Origin: Candidatus Fermentithermobacillaceae bacterium
GTDB taxonomy: Bacteria; Bacillota; Sulfobacillia; Fermentithermobacillales; Fermentithermobacillaceae
Reading direction: 5' to 3'
Assembly: GCA_012842105.1 (NCBI GenBank)
Contig: DUTL01000294.1
Location: forward strand, 1-41,393
DNA: 41,393 nt
The translations under genes were made by a program, and so were the position numbers. This document shows, in pieces, positions 1 through 8,647 of this stretch. Position 1 is the stretch's first letter, and each line of letters opens with the position of its first letter. The notes beneath the pieces are model-generated. The model saw only the letters and a program-made list of their open reading frames with translations. It was not told where the DNA came from and ran no database searches.

Positions 1-32
1 AGAGAACCAAAAGAAAAAAGCTCAGCAAGCAT

Positions 33-1253
33 GTGAAAAACACCGCCATTGCACTGATCTTCGTATTGCTTGGCCTGGTCTTACTTTGGCCTTATCTCAG
101 ATCTGCTTTCCTCGGTGCATTTGTACAGATAGGCCGGGGAATCCCCGGAGTTCTTGATGAACGCGCGTCTGGAGAAGCTATTTTTTCCAATGGGCAAACC
201 GTGCTCACCGCACCTGCGGCAGGCGCAATCAAGTTCACAGTCAAAAACGGCGATTCAGTGCGTGTTGGCGATGTAATTGCCGAGATTGGAGATAGAGAGG
301 CTCTGTCAGCAGTCACTGAAAACCTGGCTGCCGCCCGGGCCGAATTACGACTGTATGAAGAAGAGACCGCTGATAAGTTCAAAGAACTAACCGAAATCAT
401 ACAAAAGTGCTATGAAGACGCGGTTTCCGCCTTCTATGGCATGCAAGTGGCTTTTGCTTCAGGTAACACCTTGAATTATATTGAAGAAGAAGCCGGTTTC
501 AACCATAAGGTGGGAGTGCTTTCGCAAAACCGTGCCGGGTTGATGGGACTGGAAGACCAACGATCCAAATTGGTAAGTCAAGTAGAAGTAATGCAACAGG
601 TTGCTTTGTCATCCTCTGTCAAGATCCTCGCTCCGGTTTCGGGCACATTCTGCTCCCAGATTACTGCTCTTGACGTCAAACTTTCTGCAGTTAACCTTGC
701 TGAAATGGACGCTTCACAGCTGTCGGTGCTTGCCCGTGAGCTAAAAGATGCCAGAGAAGGCCGGGTTGAAGACGGACAAGAAGTAGGCTATGGAGATATG
801 ATTGGACGAATCGTATCAGGAGAAGACGTGAAATTCTTCCTTGTAGTCAAAACCGAGCACCGTCCGGATGTTAAACCTGGGAGCAAGATCTTGCTGGAAG
901 CAAGCGGTAACATGCCGGTTTACAGCAAAATATCCGGTGTGACAGATGGTAAACCTCCCGGGTACTCTATAATCTCGGGAGAAATCGATTACATTTCGCC
1001 TGACAAGTATGTAAGGGCTTGCTACGCTTCAGTGATTACCCGCAGGGAGCAGGGTATTATCGTACCTGTCAAAAGTTTGGTTGACAAAGACGGAGAGATT
1101 GGCGTGCTCCTGGTTCAGAAAACGTATGCTATGTTCCATCCGGTCGATGTAAAAATGATAAAAGGTGATCAAGCAGTGGTACAAGGAATCAGCGAAACCA
1201 GCGAGATAGTGCTTAACGGAATGAAGTTCTTTGAAGGAAGGAGAGTTAGGTGA
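33..1253 (+). CDS. HlyD-family membrane-fusion / periplasmic-adaptor-like protein
   Basis: 406-aa ORF with an N-terminal hydrophobic anchor (AIALIFVLLGLVLLWPYL). The split lipoyl-like hairpin motifs LTAPAAGAIKF..GDSVRVGDVIAEIGD and ILAPVSGTF are separated by a coiled-coil-like segment. The frame stays open back to base 3 and GTG-33 has no good RBS, so the true start may lie upstream of the window. Confidence 0.6.
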   Translation: MKNTAIALIFVLLGLVLLWPYLRSAFLGAFVQIGRGIPGVLDERASGEAIFSNGQTVLTAPAAGAIKFTVKNGDSVRVGDVIAEIGDREALSAVTENLAAARAELRLYEEETADKFKELTEIIQKCYEDAVSAFYGMQVAFASGNTLNYIEEEAGFNHKVGVLSQNRAGLMGLEDQRSKLVSQVEVMQQVALSSSVKILAPVSGTFCSQITALDVKLSAVNLAEMDASQLSVLARELKDAREGRVEDGQEVGYGDMIGRIVSGEDVKFFLVVKTEHRPDVKPGSKILLEASGNMPVYSKISGVTDGKPPGYSIISGEIDYISPDKYVRACYASVITRREQGIIVPVKSLVDKDGEIGVLLVQKTYAMFHPVDVKMIKGDQAVVQGISETSEIVLNGMKFFEGRRVR

Positions 1254-1945
1254 TTAGAACGAACCTCAAAACGATCAAAGACAACATCAACAGAGCATGT
1301 GACAAAGCAGGGCGAGATCCGGGCTCTGTCAGGATATTGGCCGTTTCGAAGAGTTTTGATCAACGAACCATCTCTGAAGCCAGATCACTTAATATCTCCT
1401 ACTTCGGCGAAAACCGCGTTCAAGAAGCGAGAAGCAAGGCCCTGACAGGGGTTTTCCAGGGTGCAACACTTTGCCTGATTGGGCATCTTCAAACCAATAA
1501 GGCCTCACTGGCCGCCAGGATTTTTGATGAAATTCAGTCAGTGGATTCATTGAAAATAGCAAAAGTGTTGTCCAAATTTTCCTTGAAGTATCGTGACGAT
1601 GTGCTCCCCGTTTATATGCAGGTGAATGTTGCCGGAGACAACGGTAAACACGGGTGCATGCCGGACGAAGCTTACAACCTGGCCAAGGCCATTGGCGGCC
1701 TTGAAGGCCTCAGGCTGGATGGGCTCATGACGATTGCACCTTTGGCTCAAGTGCCGGAGGGCTCAAGGCAGCACTTTCGTAACTTACGGCTCCTTCGTGA
1801 CGATATGATAAATATGGGGGTTCCTGCGGACAACCTGGCCGGGCTTTCAATGGGGATGTCTTCGGATTACCTGGCCGCAATTGAGGAAGGGGCTACCGTC
1901 GTGAGGCTGGGAACAGCATTATTTGGCTCCAGGCTGTACAAGTAG
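1250..1945 (+). CDS. ylmE: YggS/YlmE-family pyridoxal-phosphate homeostasis protein
   Basis: 231 aa. The N-terminal pattern (I..N...I..AC..AGRDP..V.ILAVSK) and the C-terminal LSMGMS.D...AIEEGAT.VR.G..LFG are typical of the YggS family. The GTG start overlaps the upstream stop (GTGA) and follows a GGAAGGAGAG RBS. Sits just upstream of divIVA as in dcw-cluster ends. Confidence 0.85.
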   Translation: MIRTNLKTIKDNINRACDKAGRDPGSVRILAVSKSFDQRTISEARSLNISYFGENRVQEARSKALTGVFQGATLCLIGHLQTNKASLAARIFDEIQSVDSLKIAKVLSKFSLKYRDDVLPVYMQVNVAGDNGKHGCMPDEAYNLAKAIGGLEGLRLDGLMTIAPLAQVPEGSRQHFRNLRLLRDDMINMGVPADNLAGLSMGMSSDYLAAIEEGATVVRLGTALFGSRLYK

Positions 1946-2010
1946 CAGGATCTTTGATCCGGTTTGTGGAAACTCTATCATTAGAGAACATATTCACTGG
2001 AGGGGTATCT

Positions 2011-2526
2011 ATGGGACACGAAGAGACCAAGTTGACATCAATGAGAATTCCCAGATTGACGCCTCTGGATATCCATAACAAGGAATTTATAAAGTCTTTC
2101 CGTGGTTACAATGAAGATGAAGTGGATGAGTTTCTTGACCTTGTAGTGGCTGAGTTTGAAGGGTTCATACGGGAAAATGAGGAACTTCACGCAAGCATTG
2201 CAGGTTTGGAAGCCAGAATTGGGCACTACAAGGGTTTGGAAGAGACTCTCAAAAATGCCATTGTACTTGCTCAGAAAGCGGCGGATCAGATTAAGGAATC
2301 TGCCGCAAGAGAAGCGGATGTCATAATGGAGGAAGCCCGTCGCCAGGCTGATATTACCAGGGCCCAGGCAGAGGAGCTCCGCAGAAGGACCTATGAAGAT
2401 CTCGAAGTACAACGTCAAAAGGCTGTCAGGTTCAAAACTGAAATGCGCACTCTGCTTCAATCTACATTGGAGATGCTCGATGACAACATCGACAATATAG
2501 CCCGGGCCTTGGATGGGGAAGAATAG
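2011..2526 (+). CDS. divIVA: DivIVA-domain cell-division/polar-scaffold protein
   Basis: Contains LTPLDIHNKEF.KSFRGYNEDEVDEFLD, the DivIVA N-terminal signature, followed by coiled-coil sequence. The tracked ORF begins at 1954, but ATG-2011 follows a strong GGAGGGG RBS. ATG-2041 is an alternative start. Confidence 0.85.
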   Translation: MGHEETKLTSMRIPRLTPLDIHNKEFIKSFRGYNEDEVDEFLDLVVAEFEGFIRENEELHASIAGLEARIGHYKGLEETLKNAIVLAQKAADQIKESAAREADVIMEEARRQADITRAQAEELRRRTYEDLEVQRQKAVRFKTEMRTLLQSTLEMLDDNIDNIARALDGEE

Positions 2527-2559
2527 TCTATAGTCCCGGGTGATTGGAGATTAGAACAT

Positions 2560-3240
2560 ATGAAGATAATAGGGATTGCCGGGGGCATGGGCCCTGAAGC
2601 AACATGCGATCTGTACTTAAAGATCATAAGGAACACGCCTGCAGAAAAAGATCAAGACCACTTCCGTGTCATAATTGATTCCAATCCGAAAATTCCCGAC
2701 AGAACCGCTTACATACTTGGGCAGGGGCAAGACCCCAGGCCCTATCTTATTGAAACTGCCCGGAATGTTGAAGCCGCCGGAGCGTCGTGTATAGCTCTTC
2801 CGTGTAATACGGCCCATTACTTTCACAAGGATGTTCAGGAAGCAGTGCGAGTTCCGGTTCTCCATATGATGAACGAAGTAGCTTCCTACCTTGAAGAAAA
2901 AGTTCAGGAAGTGGGGATTTTGGCTTCAACAGGAACTCTGAGAACGGGGCTTTACGAAAAAGCCCTCTCCGGCGTGGGCATAGGTTCAATTGTGCCTGGC
3001 GCGGATGGGCAGAGTAAGGTAATGGAATCAATTTACCTTGTTAAGGCCGGCAAACTTGAGCGGGCCAGGGAAATAATACTGGAACAGGGAAGGCTGCTTG
3101 CGAAGCGTGGCGCCCACGCAGTTATCGCAGGGTGTACAGAGATTCCTTTAATACTCAAGCAGGGCGATTTAAGAGCAGAAGTCGTAGATGCAACTGAAGT
3201 ACTGGCCAAAGCGTGTGTGCGGTTTGCCTGTGAAAATTGA
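2560..3240 (+). CDS. Aspartate/glutamate racemase-family protein (aspartate racemase-like)
   Basis: 226 aa with IGI.GGMGPEAT near the N-terminus. The two catalytic-Cys contexts LPCNTAHYF and AGCTEIPL are characteristic of Asp/Glu/hydantoin racemases. Confidence 0.8.
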   Translation: MKIIGIAGGMGPEATCDLYLKIIRNTPAEKDQDHFRVIIDSNPKIPDRTAYILGQGQDPRPYLIETARNVEAAGASCIALPCNTAHYFHKDVQEAVRVPVLHMMNEVASYLEEKVQEVGILASTGTLRTGLYEKALSGVGIGSIVPGADGQSKVMESIYLVKAGKLERAREIILEQGRLLAKRGAHAVIAGCTEIPLILKQGDLRAEVVDATEVLAKACVRFACEN

Positions 3241-3260
3241 TAAAATGGGAGGAACACTAA

Positions 3261-4865
3261 TTGAAGGCCAGGGTGTTTACCAACGGTAATTTTTGGGTGT
3301 CGAGCCGGGACCTACGGCGGAGAGACACTTTATCTGCTTTGGACGGCAGAATCATATGTCTTGGGGATTATGATGAATGTATTCATGCATTTCCTGCAGG
3401 GATAGATCCTGAAGTAATCGACCTTGAAGGGAAAACCGTATTGCCAGGGTTCATCGATAGCCACCTTCACCTGTTGAACTTCGGGTTGACTTTACGCGAT
3501 GTAGCTCTGGCTGATGTGCGTTCAATTGCTGAACTGAAAGCAAAGGTTGAGTCAAGAGCTGCTGAGGTTTCTCAGGCTTACTGGATCATTGGACGCGGAT
3601 GGGATCAGGAAATGTTTGCTGAAAAAAGGTACCCTACCCGCAAGGACCTTGACGAGGCGTCTGGGGGCCGTCCTGTATACCTAACAAGGGCGTGCGGGCA
3701 TATTGCAGTTGCGTCGTCAAGAGCTCTTGAGATTGCAGGGGTTACCCGGAGCACTCAAGACCCTCCCGGGGGCACAATTGACCGGGATGCTTACGGAGAT
3801 CCTACAGGCATTCTCCGTGAAACCGCTCAAGGGCTTGTGCACTCGCATATTCCAGACATAGGTGCTGACATTATGGAGGATGCGCTTAAGAAAGCCATGG
3901 AACATGTTCTTTCCAAAGGCATTACTTCTGTACATACCAACGACGGCCAGGTTGGGTTTCCCGGGACCATGGACCTGTACCGGAAGGTTCACAGCCAGGG
4001 GTTCCCTTTGAGGGTATATTGGGATATGCCGTCAGGGTTCATGCCGGCTGTATTTGAAACTCCGTTGCGGACAGGAGACGGTGACGACTATTTCAGGATT
4101 GGCGCAATCAAACTTTTTGCAGATGGATCTCTTGGCGGCAGAACTGCTGCCTTGGAAGCGCCCTATTCCGACGACCCTAACAATTACGGTATTTTGATTG
4201 TGCCTGAAGACGAATTAAGGGAGCAGGTTTACCTTGCCCATACCCATGGCATGCAGGTAGCAATACATGCCATAGGAGACAGGGCTACCAAGGCCAGCCT
4301 CAGTGCAATAAGTTTCGCTCAATCCAGGCTTCCTGTAAACGATCTAAGGCACCGGATGGTTCATGTTCAAATACTGTCACCGCTGCTCATAACAGAAATG
4401 AGACGGGTAAGAGTGGTTGCCGATATTCAGCCCAAGTTTATCTCTACTGATATGAGGTGGGCCCTGGACAGAGTCGGAACTGCCAGAATGCGGTCATCGT
4501 ATTCCTGGCGAACAATGCTGAGGGCCGGCGTGCCACTTGCAGGTGGCTCCGATTGCCCGGTGGAACCTCCGGATCCGCTCTTCGGAATCTATTGTGCCAT
4601 GACCAGAAAAGACATGGAAGGAAATCCGCCTTCAGGATTCTTTCCCAATGAAAGGCTCACCCTTGATGAGGCTGTAAGGTTATTCACCATGGGCGGCGCT
4701 TACGGAGCGGGCGAAGAGCACAGGAAAGGGAGCTTAACCCCTGGAAAACTGTGCGATTTTGTGGTTTTGTCCAATGACATTGCTTCTGTGAGCCCTGAAG
4801 AGATTAAGGACTTAGAGGTAGTGCTTACCGTGGTTGGAGGAGAAGTAGCTTACAAAAAGGCCTAA
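3261..4865 (+). CDS. Amidohydrolase-family-3 metal-dependent hydrolase (YtcJ-like)
   Basis: 534 aa with the metal-binding LPGFIDSHLHLL motif near the N-terminus and later HAIGD and GSDCPVEP motifs. TTG start lies 9 nt after GGGAGG. Confidence 0.75.
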   Translation: MKARVFTNGNFWVSSRDLRRRDTLSALDGRIICLGDYDECIHAFPAGIDPEVIDLEGKTVLPGFIDSHLHLLNFGLTLRDVALADVRSIAELKAKVESRAAEVSQAYWIIGRGWDQEMFAEKRYPTRKDLDEASGGRPVYLTRACGHIAVASSRALEIAGVTRSTQDPPGGTIDRDAYGDPTGILRETAQGLVHSHIPDIGADIMEDALKKAMEHVLSKGITSVHTNDGQVGFPGTMDLYRKVHSQGFPLRVYWDMPSGFMPAVFETPLRTGDGDDYFRIGAIKLFADGSLGGRTAALEAPYSDDPNNYGILIVPEDELREQVYLAHTHGMQVAIHAIGDRATKASLSAISFAQSRLPVNDLRHRMVHVQILSPLLITEMRRVRVVADIQPKFISTDMRWALDRVGTARMRSSYSWRTMLRAGVPLAGGSDCPVEPPDPLFGIYCAMTRKDMEGNPPSGFFPNERLTLDEAVRLFTMGGAYGAGEEHRKGSLTPGKLCDFVVLSNDIASVSPEEIKDLEVVLTVVGGEVAYKKA

Positions 4866-5627
4866 CGCAATGCCCACGGCAATATAAGATAAGGTTATTG
4901 CGGCAGAATACAGGGCTGCTCGTTTGGCTGCAGAGAAGAAGAATTCTTCAGGAAATATCTTGATGAGCCAATCATTTTCCGGATCAAGGCGCCATAGGTC
5001 GTTTTCGAACGTTAACAGGTGAAAATTGGTCCACCAACCTGTGAAATCAAATGCTGCGGGCAAAGCCAGCAGAACCGTGATTGCAGCGAGTATGATTCCT
5101 GCGATTTTGAGCGATTTAGCTGCGAGCAATCCTGCTGTAAGGCCAGGGTGGTTTGCTGTTTCTTTTGCCCTGTGGCTCTTCGTGTCTCCAGGCTTCCGTA
5201 TGCTGATAAGTATGGTCAGTATGGCCCCTAGAAAAACCACCCCCTGGCAAACGCGTTTCGCACAAAGCCCAAGTTGAAACAAATCGCGTACGTCCTCAAG
5301 GTGCGCGATTTCGTTTTCTCTGTAAAGGAGCCTTTGTGTTTTATCGATTGATACAATCAGTTGAGCAGTGGTTTGTTTGCGTGTGAAGTAATCAAGGAGC
5401 TTTCGGGCGGCCTGCTCGAGGTCATCAAGGGACATTCCGGCAGACCGGGGTATGTTGAGTTCAACCCATTTTGCCATGTAGAACCCCAAATCCAGGGCTA
5501 CCGCCTGGATTGAAGACAGCACGTTGAGGCCTGTAAGCCCCATTACGAGTATACCTACTACGATAGCAGTACCGATGCGTTTTGAGAGCCCCGTGGCCGA
5601 AGGTAGTGATTCCGCTCCCTTTTTCAA
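4812..5627 (-). CDS. TIGR01906/DUF1461-family integral membrane protein (Lit-like lipoprotein intramolecular transacylase family)
   Basis: Four predicted TM helices. The conserved-looking FHLLTFENDLWRLDPENDWLIKIFPEEFF block resembles what I recall of DUF1461. The tracked ORF starts at 5651, but an internal TTG at 5627 follows AAAGGAGGG. The 3' end overlaps the convergent amidohydrolase gene by 54 bp. Confidence 0.5.
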   Translation of the reverse strand: MKKGAESLPSATGLSKRIGTAIVVGILVMGLTGLNVLSSIQAVALDLGFYMAKWVELNIPRSAGMSLDDLEQAARKLLDYFTRKQTTAQLIVSIDKTQRLLYRENEIAHLEDVRDLFQLGLCAKRVCQGVVFLGAILTILISIRKPGDTKSHRAKETANHPGLTAGLLAAKSLKIAGIILAAITVLLALPAAFDFTGWWTNFHLLTFENDLWRLDPENDWLIKIFPEEFFFSAAKRAALYSAAITLSYIAVGIALGLFVSYFSSNHGKHYL

Positions 5628-5720
5628 TCCTGCCCTCCTTTCTCCGGTCAATGCTAACCCGGTTTACTGACGCGGTTAACCGCCCAAGCCTGCAAATCAC
5701 TGTTTTTGTTTGGTTCCCAT

Positions 5721-5832
5721 CTCATAGGGCTTTAAGCCGGCACCTGACCGGTTAATTTTACATAGTATGCCAAGGAGGCCTCGAACCAAGATTTCAAAGG
5801 CTTCACCCTATAGTCTATAACACTCATAGGGC
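5721..5832. repeat. Two exact copies of CTCATAGGGC (5721-5730, 5823-5832) in a divergent intergenic region
   Basis: Read directly from the sequence. The second copy abuts a TTGACA hexamer (5835-5840). Confidence 0.9.
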
Positions 5833-5862
5833 ATTTGACAGGTATGAGGGGAGGGCAGGTCC

Positions 5863-7008
5863 TTGCAAACCAAGGGCTATATAAAACGTGTATTTCCCGG
5901 AAACAACACTCCTGATGGATTCTTCTCTTATTATGACTACATGGTGCCAAAGGATGCTAACAGGGTTTTTGTGATCAAAGGCGGCCCCGGAGTAGGCAAG
6001 TCCACGTTCATGACCGCCATAGCCAGGGATATGGTTGACAGAGGATATGACGTGGAAATCCACCATTGCTCATCAGACAACGGTTCAGTAGATGGCGTGG
6101 TATTCCCTGAAATCGGTATTGGAATACTCGACGGCACCTGGCCCCATGTAGTTGATCCCAAGGTACCCGGCGCTGTTGATGAGATTGTATGGCTGGGCGA
6201 ATTTTGGGACGAAGAATCAGTACGTGCAAGCAAAGAGGAGATTCTGCAGGCTCAAAAGGGAGCCGAGTCGGTTTTCCGGCGTGCTTACCGTTTCCTGAAG
6301 GCTGCCCAGATCATATATGAAGACTGGGAGTCAATTTACATGGAAGCCATGGATTTCGGAAAGGCCAACATCATAGCTCAAGACATAGTTGATGAAAATT
6401 TCGCACATATAGATGTATCCCTGAAACCAGGGTTTCAGCGAAAACTTTTTGCAAGCGCCATAACACCTGACGGTATGGTAAACTACCTTAATTCTATAGT
6501 GGCAGAGTGTAAGAAACGCTACGCCATATGCGGCCACCCGGGAACAGGGAAGTCAGTATTGCTCCACAAAGTGGCTCATGCTGCTCTTGAGCGGGGGTTT
6601 TTTGTGGAGACCTACTTTTGCCCGTTGCACCCTGAAAAGGTAGAGCATGTGGTAGTGCCTGAACTGGGGCTTGCCCTGACCAAATCAATCGAGCCACATA
6701 CTTATGTTCCCGGCCAGAAAGATCAAATAGTGGATATGAACAGTTGTCTTGATGACAGCATAATAGAGAGACACTATCTATATATCGTTCGTGCCCAGGA
6801 TGAATTTCTGAGGCTCTTTGATTCGGGCATCTACTATATTGGCCAGGCAAAGCAATATCATGATGCCCTTGAAAGGTTCTATGCTCCGAACATGGACTTT
6901 GGAGGAATTGAGGCGCTCCGCAAAACCATAATGGAGAGAATTCTTGCCTATGCCTGTGAGGCAGAGATAAACGGCGGTTTGGGATACGGGTACGGGTTGG
7001 GCGTATAG
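5863..7008 (+). CDS. Internally duplicated two-P-loop NTPase of unknown function (PRK06851-like)
   Basis: 381 aa with two Walker A motifs (GGPGVGKS, GHPGTGKS). Each is followed by a parallel block (DRGYDVEIHHCSSD..VDGVVFPEIGIGI versus ERGFFVETYFCPLHPEKVEHVVVPELGLAL). TTG start lies 7 nt after GGAGGG. Gly/Tyr-rich C-terminal tail NGGLGYGYGLGV. Confidence 0.6.
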   Translation: MQTKGYIKRVFPGNNTPDGFFSYYDYMVPKDANRVFVIKGGPGVGKSTFMTAIARDMVDRGYDVEIHHCSSDNGSVDGVVFPEIGIGILDGTWPHVVDPKVPGAVDEIVWLGEFWDEESVRASKEEILQAQKGAESVFRRAYRFLKAAQIIYEDWESIYMEAMDFGKANIIAQDIVDENFAHIDVSLKPGFQRKLFASAITPDGMVNYLNSIVAECKKRYAICGHPGTGKSVLLHKVAHAALERGFFVETYFCPLHPEKVEHVVVPELGLALTKSIEPHTYVPGQKDQIVDMNSCLDDSIIERHYLYIVRAQDEFLRLFDSGIYYIGQAKQYHDALERFYAPNMDFGGIEALRKTIMERILAYACEAEINGGLGYGYGLGV

Positions 7009-7106
7009 AACTCTGCAATCATTGACCGCTAACCCGCTTGCATTCAACGTTTGTTCCAAGGGAAGACTAACCTTGCACATCACATAATACGAATCTATTT
7101 GAGGTA

Positions 7107-7442
7107 TTGAATGTGGAGCCAGAACGAGGTTATGCAGGTGACGCTCATCATGAGCCCAGGTTAAGAAGCCTGGAAGAAACAGTGCGCCAGATCTCAGATT
7201 CCCTGGAAAGATCCAAAATTGCTGAATATGTGGACCTTTTGAACCACCCCTGGCGCCTTATATATCTCAACCTGATAGGTGGCCTTTCCAGAGGTGTAGG
7301 GCTGGCTATTGGGTTTACGGTACTGAGTGCGCTGCTTATATATGTTCTAACCCGGAGTTTCATACTGAACCTTCCGCTTGTAGGCAACTTCCTTGGAGAG
7401 TTGGTTTGGATAATTCAGGAGTACCTGAGAGCGAAACCTTAA
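7107..7442 (+). CDS. Small membrane protein (DUF5665-like)
   Basis: About 110 aa with an amphipathic N-part. The segment WRLIYLNLIGGLSRGVGLAIGFTVLSALLIYVL forms one or two hydrophobic helices. GTG-7113 is better spaced from the GAGG RBS than TTG-7107. The family name is from memory only. Confidence 0.5.
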   Translation: MNVEPERGYAGDAHHEPRLRSLEETVRQISDSLERSKIAEYVDLLNHPWRLIYLNLIGGLSRGVGLAIGFTVLSALLIYVLTRSFILNLPLVGNFLGELVWIIQEYLRAKP

Positions 7443-7522
7443 GACCTGCGTATAACAGGCCTGGGATATGGGAAACCGGAATACCGGTTATTCACCAATA
7501 CACGACGGACAGGGTGAGCGAA

Positions 7523-8023
7523 ATGAGAAGTGGCAACGGCAATGGACAGGGCATGGATCTTGGCTTTGATGTTCGAGAGTTTGAAAACAAGTTGCATTCT
7601 GAGTTAAGGCGCCTGAACGACGGGTTTGAAGGTATCAAACAGAAGTCGTTTTCAATGAGCCAGCAAGAATCTCTTGGGATAGAGTCAGCTTATGATCAGC
7701 ATCCTGCGGACATTGGCACTGAGACTTTTGAGAGGGGCAAGGACCTTGGCCTGAAAGACGGGCTTGAAATTGGCATAGCCAGGGTTCGGGGCGCCCTTGA
7801 CCGGATTAGGCAGGGTAAATACGGCTTGTGCCTTAGCTGCAAGCAACCAATTCCTGTCGAAAGATTAAGGGCCGCACCGGAAGTTGAATTATGTGTTCCA
7901 TGCCAGGAGGAACAAGAGGTAGTGCCACGGAGCAGGCGGCCTGTGGAAGAGCTGGTGATTGAGCAGGATTTCCCTGGTGAAGGCCATGATGAAGAGCCTG
8001 GTGACGAACCTCCCCTCAACTAG
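7523..8023 (+). CDS. ylyA: TraR/DksA-family C4 zinc-finger protein, YteA/YlyA-like
   Basis: Contains the HPAD.GTE.FERGKD motif and the C4 finger CLSC....P..RL.A.P....CV.C. It lies immediately upstream of lspA-rluD, as ylyA does in B. subtilis. ATG-7523 is preferred over the tracked 7406 start, which overlaps the upstream gene. Confidence 0.7.
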   Translation: MRSGNGNGQGMDLGFDVREFENKLHSELRRLNDGFEGIKQKSFSMSQQESLGIESAYDQHPADIGTETFERGKDLGLKDGLEIGIARVRGALDRIRQGKYGLCLSCKQPIPVERLRAAPEVELCVPCQEEQEVVPRSRRPVEELVIEQDFPGEGHDEEPGDEPPLN

Positions 8024-8128
8024 CAGGTTCGCATTTTTCAAAAACCAGCGGTAGGTGGGCAGATTCACCGCCGAAATACACAGGGAACCCTTGCCTCATG
8101 TGTTTTATCTTCTGTATGCTGTAATAGG

Positions 8129-8647
8129 TTGGCCGATCCCATATTGATTTCGGGGACAAATTTAGCTGTTAAAGCTTATGAAGGCAGGGCGTATACATTG
8201 GTGTTTTGGATTCCGTTTCTGGGAGTTGTGTTGCTGGATCAGTTGAGCAAATGGTACATAAGATCTAATTTTGCTCTTGGCCAGTCTTTGCCTGTTATCG
8301 GTGAATGGCTGCAAGTTGTTTACAAAGAAAATGCAGGCGCTGCTTTTGGCATCCTTGCAGGGGCAAGATGGTTATTCATCATCGCAAGCGCAGTCAGTGT
8401 GGTGTTGGCCATTTGCCTTTATCCGAAGCTAGACCCGTTTGGGAGGTTCATGGTGGCAGCGCTTGGGCTTGTTGCCGGGGGCGCCTTAGGAAATCTCATC
8501 GACAGGATAAACCAGGTGACGGTAACGGATTTCATTTATGTGAAGCATTTTCCGGCAGTGTTCAACATAGCTGATTCTGCCATAGTTGCGGGCAGTTGTA
8601 TAATGGGAATCATGCTGATTATTTATTGTTACAGGCCAGTCCAGTGA
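8129..8647 (+). CDS. lspA: Lipoprotein signal peptidase II
   Basis: Contains LLDQLSKW, NAGAAFG, GGALGNLIDR and FNIADSAI motifs. Alternative starts are TTG-8198 and GTG-8201, after AAGGCAGGG. Confidence 0.9.
   Translation: MADPILISGTNLAVKAYEGRAYTLVFWIPFLGVVLLDQLSKWYIRSNFALGQSLPVIGEWLQVVYKENAGAAFGILAGARWLFIIASAVSVVLAICLYPKLDPFGRFMVAALGLVAGGALGNLIDRINQVTVTDFIYVKHFPAVFNIADSAIVAGSCIMGIMLIIYCYRPVQ

Noticed and set aside
5835-5840. Perfect TTGACA as the -35 of the NTPase gene promoter
   Set aside because: The hexamer 17 nt downstream is GGTCCT and overlaps the RBS and start codon, so there is no room for a -10 and a 5' UTR.
6494-7018. 174-aa ORF antisense to the two-P-loop NTPase gene
   Set aside because: It lies entirely inside and antisense to a gene with clear motifs, and has typical shadow-ORF composition. 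The same reasoning applies to 16361-16954 (antisense to oppF), 23874-24404 (antisense to hflX), 30073-30570 (antisense to mutS), 32393-32959 (antisense to miaB) and 33038-33457.
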